In this document: positions 51,588-64,000 of the stretch, piece after piece | Layout: the number at the start of each line of letters is the position of its first letter | Position numbering within the stretch: position 1 is the first letter of the stretch | Assembly: GCA_001938485.1 (NCBI GenBank) | Contig: MQRK01231528.1 | Span: 1 to 64,000 of the forward strand | Length of the DNA stretch: 64,000 nucleotides | Direction of reading: 5' to 3' | Origin: Girardia tigrina | Taxonomy: Eukaryota | Position numbers and translations under genes: made by a program | Notes under the pieces: model-generated | Seen by the model: the letters and a program-made list of their open reading frames with translations, nothing else | The model's database searches: none | Told to the model about the DNA's origin: nothing

Positions 51588-54500
51588 GTCATTTCCATGC
51601 ATAGTAAGACAAATACACAAATTTTAAAACTTAATTTTTTTACATAACTTGGCACAAAATGCTAGTATAATCACTGAGTTTTTGATTTGCAATATTAATT
51701 TTTTGTTTAAAGATGTTCATATTAAATTTACCCGCTACGTTTTAATTTCATCTTGTGCTGTAGCCTTTCCGGGCGTTTGCGCCATACATTGTTAGACTTT
51801 TGTTACTTTAGGCGAGGTGAATTTTTTTATAAATGTATAAAAACATTTGAATATACATTCCAGAATCGTGCATATTGATAAATTGTTGTCTGTTGATTAA
51901 AATTCTTGTTTAAAATCAGAACAAAACATTTAAATTTATTCCAAATAGAATTTCATCAGTGAATTATTTTTGTATGTATGTTCATCCTTAAATGATTTTT
52001 CATAATAGAATATCAATAGAAAACATTACAAATTAAATAATGACACACCTAACGCATTCAAAACAAAAGTCCCTTCTCATGCCATTTACTTTATTAAGAT
52101 GACAAGTATGTCAAAATAAGCAGTTTTACATAATATAGAAGATGTACATATCCATTATCTTTTGCATAGCAAGGTTGTAAGAATGCGTGACGCACCTAAC
52201 AATTACGTTAGGTGCGTCATTACATAAGCCCAGAGACGCACCTAACGCTCAACTGAGATGTAATAAATAATTGATTTCCCATCACTTTGTTCAATAAACC
52301 TATGTAATCGAAATAAGTTTCTTACATGTTCTTTTTTATTTCAGAAATTGGCACCTCCCAAATCAAATGCAGAATGGCACAAAGCATATCGGGAACGCCA
52401 TGGTAATCAAGGAGAAAGAAAGAATTTTTCATAAAAATTTCAGAATAAACATGAGTCAAGTAGCTTTATCGAAGAAACGTGAGCAAGCTCGTATTAGAAA
52501 TTCTCATTATCGAGAAAGAAAGAGAGCTCAATAAAACTAATCAAATGGGACGCCTTATCGTACAAGAAATGCTGAAAATTAGACCATAAACCGTTTTATG
52601 ACTAAACTGAATGACTTAATTCCACATTCACCTCGTAAGCATGCGTTTGTTAAGAACCAAGTTGATAAAGCCTTGTTAGGAATAAATCATCGTACTTTAC
52701 ATAAAAACCATTTGCCGTGCTTATCCGAAGACGCGATTAAGAAGGTGACTGACTTTTTTGAACAGTATGACATATCACGTTTATCTCCTGGTCGACGAGA
52801 CTACATAAAAGTTTGAAGTCAGTTTTTGCAGAAGGTACATTATTCAGATTAAATTATCTTTGATAAAATAGTGATGAAATTATACATTTTTAGAGGCATT
52901 TGGTGATAACATTGAGAGAGGTGATAACTCTTATCTTCTTATCATGGCCTGGCCATAGGCAAATCAAAATTTGCTAGTTTGCGACCTCCGAATGTTCTTC
53001 TTTGCAACGAAACGCCTTTGAACGTCTGTGTGTGCGCGACTCATCTCAATTTTATTCACAGGGTGAATATGTTATCCCTATATTTGCAACAATATGATGA
53101 GAATTGGATCGAGTAGTATGTGGTTTGTCGTCCACCTTCTCTTCATTGCTATCTTAACGAATGCTCCATTTGTAAAAATGCAAGTCTTGTCATTTTACCA
53201 ACAGAAGTCTCTTATGAAGAATTTGTTACCTTTTCTCAATGGCAAAAGCGCTTTAATAATTCCATAAAGCGAGATCAATATTCTGAAATCAAAATTACTG
53301 AGGTCACCAGTCTTTTGCAGGTACCCTAGTTTTGATAAATGCTATTTCCGTTATATATTTTACCATCTTATTTCTTTCCAGAATGTTAAACAAGAAATAC
53401 CCTCTTTTGTGCTCCATCATTTCCTCAAGCGGACACAAGCCAGTAATTATCGCAACACGAAAGCAAATTCTTCAATTAATGAAGTGCTTTTGCATATCGA
53501 TTTCGCCGAAAACTTTACCTGCTCTCATCCGGATGAAGTTCAGCAGGCTCACTGGAGGCAAAGCCAAGTGACGGTTTTTACAGCCTTTATTTTCAAAGGA
53601 GCATCGACACCAACATTGTACGTCGTGGTTTCTGACAATATCAATCATGATAAACGTACAGTGATCGCCTACCTTATCATGGTCATAGAAGCTCATAAAC
53701 TCTCCAATGACGAAGTGCATTCCGTCAACATTTTCAGTGATGGACCAGCATCACAGATTAAAAATCGTTTTGTCTATGCTATCCTCGACAATCTTCTAAG
53801 TTATTCGCAACTCAAGAAACTGATCTGGTCTTTTTTCACAATGGTAAGGGGCCCGTAGATGGTGTTAGCGGTGCTGCAAAGAGAACGGTCTGATGTGCTA
53901 TTCAGGCAAGAAAAGTACTCAACGTAATGAATGCTAAGGATTTGTTTGTCAGATTAAAGGATTCATCAGGAACTATCAATGCAATTTCGTCATCTCCTGA
54001 GAAAGAAAAGGAAATTCTTGAATGTACATATGCTGAACGAGAGTTCGCAACAGCTCAAAAAGTAAGGGACATCTCATTGGACCACCACTGGGAAAGTTTT
54101 CCTAGTGGTATCAAAAACCGCTATCGATTTACTCCTGAAAAGGTCCCAGTCTCAGTAATCGATCTTGATTTATCATCACCTTTATTGACACCAGCGGAAA
54201 CGACACCCCCAGCAATGATTCCTTCATCGTCTTCTGGTGCAACTCAAACATTCAAATAGGGACAGGTTGTAACGATTCATCACCTTTTGGATAAAAAGGG
54301 AAATGGGAAACGATTATTGGCTAGCATTATTGGAGTTTATAATAAGGAAATTGGTGTGAAATTTCTTCGACAACAACGAAAAAATACATATGTATTCCCT
54401 GTAGTCAACGATATTTCTTATGAACCTATTCAGAATATTGAACTGCTGCCATTCCAGACAATTAATAATCATCTTGGTCATTTTATTTTCCCTGAAACAT

Positions 54501-54987
54501 GACAGAAATACCAATTATCTTAACAACTGGTAACGAATATAGCTTTGTTGAACTTGTATTGCAACCTGAAAAGCTTAAGATGACGCACCTAACGAAATTC
54601 ATAGTGACGCACCTAACGAGCTAAATTTATGACTGAATCAATACTGGGAAGACTTTTATTGAATTTCAGGTTTCTAACTGATTCTACTTACTTTAATACA
54701 CCTACATAATAAAAATTATCAAGATTAGTCAAGCAGTTCCACTGGAAATTTAGTGCGAAAATGGGTTTCAAAAACATATGTCTTTTTCACATTACGCACC
54801 TAACGCATGTTTCTTTGAGATTTGCTCCTTGAACCCTGAGCAAAATCCCCTAACATGTGATTTATTATTAATGCTCTCAATAAGAATTTTCTTTTATCAA
54901 AAAATAAAAACAAAATATGGCATTTAAATCACTTAAAAATCAATTTTATTGTCTGTAAACGGACGCACCTAATGAATGGAAATGACC
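51587..54987 (+). mobile_element. full-length decayed Sola2-like DNA transposon in (TA)n
   Basis: TIRs GGTCATTTCCAT(G/T)CAT and repeated GACGCACCTAAC motifs. Intron-containing transposase with HIDFAENF..DEVQQAHW..VSDNINHDK..FSDGPASQIKNRF..GKGPVDGV. Confidence 0.8.
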
Positions 54988-55009
54988 ATATATATATATC
55001 GAAAATATA

Positions 55010-56525
55010 CTACTGGACAAAATATTTGCAATTACATTTTGGTGCATTTTTAAAAGTTTTAGGTAAACTAATTCTTTTTTAAACTAAAGTCAACCTATTG
55101 ATGTATTATAATATATATTGACACATTTGTTTGTTTTAATAGTTCAATAAATAATAATGAATTTGCGTATTTTTGTAATGTTTTTTTGGCCACATTTTTG
55201 CATTACTATATTTTAATGTTTTGTAATTAATTATTTAATGTTATTTTGATAGATATATTATTTTTAGATATTTAGAATGACGCTAAGCATGGAAAAAATT
55301 GATATAATTAAAAATTATTTATTGAAAGGAACCTCCAAAAAGGTCATAGCTGAGACCCTAAATGTTAGCCTGAGGACGATTTATAGTGTCGCAAGTGGTG
55401 CAAGAGGTTTTAATCCTCCAAGGAATTCAACCTCGAAGAAATATAAAATAAACAATGAAATTAAAAAAGCTAGAGTGTCTTTAGAAAAGGGTCATAAAAA
55501 AGTGACATCAGTGGCAATTGGCAATATATTGTCCAACAATGTGTCCACCCGCATAATACGAAGGCGTATGTGTTCAATGGAATTGAGTTATCGTAGGAGA
55601 TGTCAAAGGATACAATTGTCAGACAATCAGAAGGCCAAAAGAGTAGAAATAGTGCAGTCATAGATTATTGAAAATGTCGATTTTGACAAAGTTGTTTTTT
55701 CTGATGAGTGCCGCTTTTCTCTCGATGGCAACGATAACTTTATGTCATGGAGCAAAGATAATAACACACAGCTTGCAAGACGACCGTTTGGTGGTGGCTC
55801 GATAATGATTTGGGGTTGCATTAGCCGTGATGGACCATTGCTTGTTAGAAGAGTTGAAGGTACCATTAATTCTAATTCCTATTGTGATATGTTGAAGGAC
55901 GACATATTTCCGTTGCTAAAGATTGAAATAGATTAATTTTTATTCCAACAAGACAACGCGCGTGCGCACACAAGCAAGAAAACCATTGAGATGCTTACTG
56001 CTGAAAAAGTAGACATATTACCCTGGCCAGCTCATAGCCCTGACTTATCTCCTATAGAGAAANNNNNNNNNNNNNNNNNNNNNNGATTATATAATGGTCC
56101 ACAATTTGATGGCAAAGAGTCACTATGGTCTGGAATTTGTCATGAAGTGGATAAAATCAATGATGAAGAGTTTGGTATTTTATCAAACTTATATAGACAT
56201 TTTAAACAAAAGGTGTGTCTATTATTAAAGAATGATGGTGCATTATTGCGATAATAAATGTTACTTAGTTTTATTTTTATTACTAATAAAAATATTAAAT
56301 GAGTGCAAAAATGTGGCCAAAAAAACATTACAAAAATACACAAATTCATTATTATCTAATAAACTATTAAAACAAACAAATGTGTCAATGTATATTATAA
56401 TACATCAATAGGTTGACTTTAGTTTAAAAAAGAACTAATTTACCTAAAACTTTTAAAAACTTTTAAATTTACCTAAAACTTTTAAAACTGCACGAAAATG
56501 TAATTGCAAATATTTTATCCAGTAG
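55010..56525 (+). mobile_element. full-length Tc1 element with ~200-bp TIRs and TA TSD; transposase 55277-56254 has two in-frame stops
   Basis: TA|CTACTGGACAAAATATTTGCAATTAC ... GTAATTGCAAATATTTTATCCAGTAG|TA. Motifs FSDECRF, IMIWG, FQQDNARAHT and HSPDLSPIE are all in one frame. Confidence 0.95.
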
Positions 56526-57311
56526 TATATGTAATATTGATAAATATTTCTAAACAGATTAAGGGCCAGTCAACCATATCTTAAAAATAATTCGTAATTT
56601 AAAGGATTTAGTTTTATCGACGTTCGTTATATTGAGACTCGACAGTAGTATACTAAAATTAATCAGAAACTTTTAAATTAATGTTAATATAGTTATGTAA
56701 AAAAATTTAATCAAAGCAGTGTTTATTAAAAATAGGCCTTTTTATTTTTCAGCATTTTTTTCTTTCGGCCAAATATCCGGGAACCAAATTTTCGAATTGG
56801 AATTTCTAGAAAATATCTAGGTGTATATGTTTTCTTAGGACTAGTAAAAGATTTTATCTTCAATGGCTTCATTCTGAATACACTACAAGACTTACTAAAT
56901 GATTTACCCATGTAAATACAAAGAATCGTGTGGTTTATAAATGAGCAACTGTACATTTTAATTTCATTGTTCAAAATGCTATGAATAATATCTATCATGA
57001 CAGGTGAATATGAAGAGGAGAAACCGTTCCATGACCTGTGCGTTCTTCCTACCTCAATCTTTTAAATTATTATATCAGGACAACAACATTTTGATGCATC
57101 AGATTACTCGAATGTAGGATATTTATACTAGCATATCATGGAAAACTGCAAAGCCATTCCACATGGAACAGTAGTGTAAGATAAAGGACATATACAAAAT
57201 CTAAAACACTTGAAACATAACTTGCCATGTCTACTCGTTCACATTTTAATCATTTGTTTATAATCATATCTAAAATAATAAATAGCATTCATCCATTCTT
57301 TTTACTACCAT

Positions 57312-57350
<39 letters not shown>

Positions 57351-57364
57351 GGAATTTACAAACC

Positions 57365-57641
57365 AAACTTTGCACACTTTCTCATTCTTGATGACAATAA
57401 ATGATTATGTGAAAATTTAATCAAAAAAAACTTTATAGTGTCCTAAAATTGGAAAAAAACGAAAAATTCGGAGTTCCGAACAATATTAATTGAAAAAGAT
57501 CTACTTATAAATTATAAGTAGTTTATATTAATTTTTTATTGTGTTTTTTTTAATTATTTTTTTAATAAAACTTTGTTGGCAAAGTAGAGTTCTGATGCAT
57601 AAAGAATGGATATACAAAATTTAATTTTTTCATTTACTAGT
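57365..57641. repeat. dispersed repeat copy carrying the empty SINE target site
   Basis: Matches 37176-37297 plus 37764-37917, with a single GAACAATATT. Confidence 0.85.
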
Positions 57642-58735
57642 TTGTATTTCTGTTTTTTTGAACTACTTTCTGATTTGTCACCATTATATATTCTTTTTTG
57701 ATTTTATATTTACTTCTAAGAAATCTAGAAAAATCTAATGAATATAAACAAAATATAGAAACCAATTGTTTTGAAATAAATCTTTATTTTAATATTTTTT
57801 GTTACCATTATTTATATTGGAAAACATCTCTTTGTTCCAAAAAAAGATTCAAATCGACATTTTCAAGTTCTTTTTGAATGAAAATCGCTGAAATTTGTTT
57901 ACTTTATTGTTTGCTATGTAAATACATGATATTTAACAAAATTTTTAAAATTGGTCGAACATTTTTTATTTTGAAATTTTAATGTTGATTATTTGAAGCT
58001 TAGTCAAACTTTTGATTTTAGAAAATTTATTCGAACGGTTAATTTTGAATTAATAATTTTCTGAATCAGAAATGAAAAATTTCTCATCATTCGAAGTGAA
58101 CATTTACTTTCCACAATAAAATGAGCGCAGCACAAACACCAAATTCTTGAATTTAAAATTCGACACGGCCACTCTATCGGGACAACCTGAGGATCGGGCG
58201 GAACACCAATAAAACCACAAATAAAACAAAAATTTATTTTTACACAATTGAACAGTCACATAATTCTTTAGAAAAATTTACTTGAGAATTGATAAAAATG
58301 AAAATCAATATATAATTTTGTGGATTAATTGTAAAAAAGAGAATTTTAAATTATTAAATTTAAAAATCAAAATTAAATTAAAGTAAAAGAGAAAACCGGC
58401 TTATATAAACAAGAAAAAAGGATTTTTTTTTCAATTCATTAATTAAAATATTATTGCTGTTTTTATATTTAAGCTCAAAAAAGGCAATATTTAATTTTTT
58501 CTTAATTTTTATGACACTAGGGAGAGGTTTTCTTGTATTTTATTACGTTGTCGAGTCAAAGGGTTGTTTTATTCATTAAAAAGACCAAGACTAAGATGGG
58601 AATATTTAGATAAACTCTTTCAAAGAAAATTTGTATCATATTTGATAATATTCAATTTTTCTTAATGGAAAGACGAAACCAGTTTGAAGCTTTAAGTTTT
58701 ATTTAAAATGAAACACTGAATAATAAAAACCCGGA

Positions 58736-59184
58736 TTAGAAATGTTTGGTACAGTTCCCAGACTGCTCTAAAGACTGATCTAAAGGCAGCAGAGTCATGT
58801 CGGTGAATTTGTTACTTATACTACTATTTGTTTCGGAGAGCGTGTCTTCCCCAATGTCATTGACCAAAGACATTGATGTTAAACTTTGCATTGCATTGAT
58901 TAACTTGTGATTCAAATAAAAAGAATTTCTTTCATTTTTATCAATTGATTCTAAATAATTTTTCAATTTATTGATAAAAAACTGCAAATTAAATTAAATT
59001 CGTCTTTCACGCGCTTGAATTTTGAATGATCTGGATTTAAATGGCCAGACCATTCTTTCAAATCTTCATATTTGACGGCTTTTAGAAAAATAATTATATG
59101 ATCAAAATCTTTGTTTTCGAAAAGTTCTAATGCGTCTGATACACTTTTAATTTCTTCAAACCCAATTGCTTCTTGATTGCTCAT
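58736..59184 (-). CDS. unidentified coding segment (two ORFs joined by a frameshift or tiny intron); gene or pseudogene
   Basis: ATG-initiated, protein-like composition, about 200 bp downstream of a CCAAT palindrome. No family recognised. Confidence 0.35.
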
Positions 59185-59394
59185 TATTATTTAATTACTT
59201 TAATTTTAATAAAAAAAATCGTCAAATGTCAAAATATTTTTTGTGAATTAATTGAAATTGAAGATTTGTTATTTTTTTACTCAAAAAATATTCAGTAACC
59301 AAAGAATTCGTTTATATAACAAGATAATCACAAATTCGTTCATATGAAACATCAACAATGATTTTTAATAATCAGTCAAATTGTCACTAACGAA

Positions 59395-59428
59395 GTTCGC
59401 TCTGATTAGTTAACCAATCAGAGCGAGC
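59395..59428. promoter_or_regulatory. palindromic CCAAT-box element, candidate bidirectional promoter
   Basis: GTTCGCTCTGATTAGTT|AACCAATCAGAGCGAGC. A strong donor CAG|GTAAGC lies at 59533 on the plus strand. Confidence 0.4.
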
Positions 59429-61836
59429 TAATCCACTCAAAAACTTTGGCAATCTCTTACCAAACACTGCACACACAGCGGCAACCTAAGAAGAACAACT
59501 ACAATAACTCTAACAAAGATATCTTTCTTCAGGTAAGCATTATTTTAATTATTTTGAAATTTAAAATTGTTTAATTTACTTATTTTTAATTTAATATTTT
59601 TTTAATATTAATTGAAAATATTTATAACATGTCTTATATATATAAAAAGATAACAAGTAATTTTACGATGAATAATTATTGATTATAGAAATTCAAGTTT
59701 TTCAAAACTACAAATATGATCATGATTGTCTTTAGATAAGGAAAGAAGGCATTTAAAATGTAGATAAAAACAAAAATATATAAATATGAATTTATCTAAA
59801 AATCAAAAACAATGAATATTTTTGTATAATAAATATATTTATATATTATAAATAATATTTTATACGTATACATAGTTAAAAAAGGAAATATATTCAATTT
59901 TCAATATCGCTATTATTATTTTTATTTTTATTTATACTTCACTAGTTTTACTTTTTCCTTTACGCATTTTATTTATGACAATTAAAAAGGCAATGAATTT
60001 TTTATTATAATTGTTACATTAAAAAAGCTGAAAAAATAGAATCAGTACTTTAATAGGAATATGTTATAATAATTTTATATATTACATTATATTATATTTT
60101 ATCTCATTCAAACTCTGAATGTTTTATATTGTTTAAATTACTTCTAAAAATACATTTTCCAAAACATTGAATCAGTAAAAAAATGAATTTGTGAGGTTTT
60201 TATTATTATTATAATTATAAGTATCCATTTTACTTTAATTATTTATTATTTAAAAAGTATTTACTCTACTTTAAAGATATTTAGTAAATAATTTGTTTTC
60301 TAGCAATTATTCTCAGAGAAAATGTAATCTGCTTTGAAATTATAAATCCTAAAAGTAAACTAGGGAGTATACAAATATAAGATTTAAGACTTATTGCTTT
60401 GTGACAGTCAACGACAAAAAGTATGCGCAACCCTATTATAAATAGAACCTTCCTCTATCACTGAAACGTAAAAAAAACTTCATTCTTGTCAGCAGAAACA
60501 TTTTAAAATTTGTTTCTTACAGTGCATATATCTTATCAAAAGTACGTGCCAAAGACTATTGCTATAAAGAAATTTATGCGGTAAAAAAAGACAATGCAGT
60601 ACAAATATTTTAAAAAGTAAATTTTGATTTTGAAAGAAGTTTTGATAATTATATTTATAATGCATACTTACTTTTTACTGATTTTATATTATTAATTAGT
60701 TTTAATGGATTAAGAGCCCAATTTTCGTACTATTTCTTGATAAACTTTTGTTTTATTTTGATTTTTATTTAGATAGAAATATTGTAATAGTCTTTCTGGT
60801 CAATATTACCACATATTCGTTATGAGTCGAAACTCATTTAGCGTCTCAACTTTCGGAACCGAATAGATGCAAAGCGGGGCCTTGGTGTATATGTATTCAA
60901 TAAAAATAGACTAGAAGACATCTCTGATTACTACAAAACCTCAGAGTCTATTTTTATTAATACTTAGTTTTAAATAAAAAATATGATAAAAATTTTAATT
61001 TGACAAATAAAATAATAATAAAAAACCTAACAATCACAGTAGCAACTGAGCACAAGTGTATTACTGGTTATACCACGAAACGAATTACCACGAATATTGG
61101 GAATTGAAAATAAATGTCGATATCAGATTTAATAAAAAATACGGAGTCTGATTAATTAGAAAATAATACTGGTGGAAAAATTTAGGTGAGAATTAAGGGA
61201 ATGATATAAATATTCGGATAGGATCAGATTTATTCTTTTGGTTTTAACGGCTTTTGTATTGAAATTTTCAGTGAATTTGGAAAAAAATCTGTTTTTGTAC
61301 AGTTTCTTAAAATGGTATTCAGTATTTCTGATGTTGATTATCGATTTTTTTTTGAATTTGATATTATTTGAGCTCTATTAACGAGGGTGTTTTGGAACAA
61401 AATTATTTTTGTTGATTTTTTTATCCTAATATAATTAAATATCAATCCTTTCTTCAAACGACATTTAGATTGTTTCTTCTTTTTAAATTTCTTTTGAAAT
61501 TTTTCACGCTTGACTAAAAAATAAAATATATACAGAATGTAAAAAAAACACACTTATACACATAAATTAACACATCAAAAGTAAAACCTACCATCATCCA
61601 AAAATTTAAATAAATTATGTTATTTTATATACTTATGATATAAGAATGGTGTGTCATAGTGCAAGTTTATACACTATAAAATAAATTTTAATTTGACAAA
61701 ACTATATTAAAAAATAATGAACTAACATAAAGTTCACAAATATGTTCTGTTACAACGAAAAGAGGAATAAAGTTGATTGTTAAGTAAATTGAAAAATCGA
61801 TATAAAATATCGATAATTATATTTTTTATTTGAGTT

Positions 61837-62021
61837 CCGTACTATCGCGCAGATTAGTCGCAAGCACGAATAAGTCGCACATGAGTTTTTTTTTAAAATG
61901 CACTTTTTTGAGAGATAAGCTGCATTTATGACATAGGTCGTATAAGTCGCAAGTACTTTTGTTTCTTTTTAACTTTCATTTTTTCTCAGTTAGGCCGCGC
62001 CTTATCTGTGCGATAATACGG
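61837..62021. mobile_element. pogo/Tigger-like MITE, 185 bp
   Basis: TIRs CCGTACTATCGCGCAGATTAG and CTTATCTGTGCGATAATACGG|TA, with internal ATAAGTCGCA repeats. Confidence 0.75.
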
Positions 62022-63219
62022 TAAGATTGACATATGACGGGGTGTTTTGCGTTCGAATAATTTGAATTGCAATTTGAATTATTAATCAAGCTTGAGAGAG
62101 ATGCTTCGAGCAGGAATTATTATTAATTATTGTTTTGATGAATTATTTATATTCTAGTGATCTACAGTCACTCATATATATATATATATACATATATATT
62201 GGTGACCCGATAAAAGCGCTCCGATATTTACATTATACAGTTATAGTTGAAGCAACCTTGATAGCACATTACAAACTTTTTACATTTTATTTCCGTTTCA
62301 AAAATGACTCCGAAATTCAAATTAATCTCTTCAGAGAATAAAATAAATTTAAACATTATCTTTATATAATATACACAATTAATTGATTTTTTTGTCTATA
62401 TTTACGTTAAATTATTATAATTATTTTACTTAATATTTGACTTATATAAATAATAAAACAGATATTGTAATGTAAATAAAAATTATTATACAAAGAAAGG
62501 TTTTACAATTATTATTTCTCCGTTCATATTAATGAACTTTTCAGTAAATGACGAAACTTGTCTTCTATCTAATTTTACAAAATAATTTATTATCATTTTA
62601 TTTTTCCCTGAAAATTAATAAGAAAAACATAATCAAAAAATTAAAACAATAGCATTCGAAAAAATGTACTATTAAATATATTGATTTTCTTTCTCCATCA
62701 TTCAGTTTCAGTAAGGGGAAATTAGTTTATTCGCTCTGTGATTTTGTTTTAATAATCTTCAGTGCCTTCGGCTTGTTAGGTTATGAGTTCCTTATGGTCC
62801 TCATATGCAACAGGCCGTCATCATAAATCGGGTCATTATTTATGATGTCTATTAAAGATCAGATGATCCAAAAATAGAGCCAAATATTTTAGCACTTAAT
62901 TTTCTAAATAAAGGAAAATAAATTTTTAGCCGCAATATTTACCAATGCGAAATTCATTTGCTTCATATTTGATATTCTTTAATTTGTATCAAACGACGAA
63001 TGCCGCATGAATCGACTATGTATAATATATAAATAATATTTTAATTTAAATTGATTATTATAATTATTATTACATTTAATAATGTAAATAATTAAAGAAA
63101 AATCAGTATGGTTCTTTATTAGCAACATTTTTAGTAATTTGAAACTTAACTTAATTTATTTGGTTGTGAATGTTCACCAAAACGTGCTTAGCGATACTGA
63201 TCTATAATACACACACACA

Positions 63220-63256
<37 letters not shown>

Positions 63257-63267
63257 ATATATATATA

Positions 63268-64000
63268 TTACCCAAATTCTTATGTATTCGGACACGTAAA
63301 ATAATTCTTATTAAAAATTTTAAATTATAAATTATATGTACTTATTTGTGTTATAGATGAATTAATTTGATATTTTACGATAATCTAAATATAATTCTAA
63401 AATAATTTGAAGAAATCAAATAAAAAAGTTAACTAATAAAAATTTTATTCGAATTTAAAAATTTGTTCTCAAATTCAAAAGAATTCGGACACCTAATCTT
63501 GTAACATCGTCCTTCGCTTTTATGACATCTTCCATTCTTCTATTCATTGAATTGTATAAATCCTGACATTTATCAATGGGAAAACTATTCCATATTGCTA
63601 AAATTTTATTCTTCAAATCAATTTTATTTTTAGGACGTTTTTTTCGTAATTCTTTTTTCATAATTGCCCAAACATTCTCTATAGGACTTAAATCTAGGCT
63701 TCCTGAAGGCCATGTCCAGAAGGACATATTATTTTTCATCATCCAAGTTTTTGTAAATTTAGAAGTATGACAAGATGCTCCATCTTGTTGAAAAATGAAA
63801 TCGCCATTGTCAAAATATTGCGTAATAGATGGGATTTCCCTTAATATGTCTGTATACTTTGTAGAGTTCATTGTGCCCTCTATAAAGGGAAGACTGCCAA
63901 GTCCTTTGCTTGTCATTCAACCCCAAATCATTACACTTTCTGGAAATTTCAGAGTTCGGTTTAAACACTCCGATAATAATGACTTGGTTTTTCCATTTTC
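63268..64000 (-). mobile_element. Tc1 element 3' part, runs off the window
   Basis: PESVMIWG*..FQQDGASCHTSK..WPSGSLDLSPIENVW. Outer and inner direct repeats ATTCGGACAC at about 63286 and 63483. Confidence 0.9.

Overview
Very AT-rich eukaryotic (metazoan) DNA from a draft assembly with several N gaps and many (TA)n microsatellites. The window is mostly decayed transposons plus one clearly intact gene, a single-exon Kekkon-like LRR-Ig transmembrane protein (45884-48250). Mobile elements include three mariners, two Tc1 elements, a Sola2-like element, hAT/Buster and piggyBac remnants, and a pogo MITE. There are also a small Helitron, a Ty3/Gypsy element, a second divergent LTR element, an RLE-type LINE fragment, several Penelope fragments ending in hammerhead-ribozyme motifs, and a 5S rRNA-derived SINE whose empty site is also in the window. 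The most unusual signal is a set of decayed, mostly 5'-end fragments of unrelated housekeeping genes (UBA2, WDR3/UTP12, SBDS, MDN1, SPEN, scribble-type LAP, SDHAF2) joined into chimeric cassettes. One cassette (16317-17569, MDN1 + SPEN) is a demonstrable insertion. It has TG...CA termini, a 5-bp TSD that splits a Gypsy pol frame, and an internal second copy of one terminus, which points to a gene-capturing ('pack') element moved by an integrase-type enzyme. Apparent very short introns suggest a compact invertebrate genome (inference only). All family assignments are by eye from remembered motifs; no searches were run.
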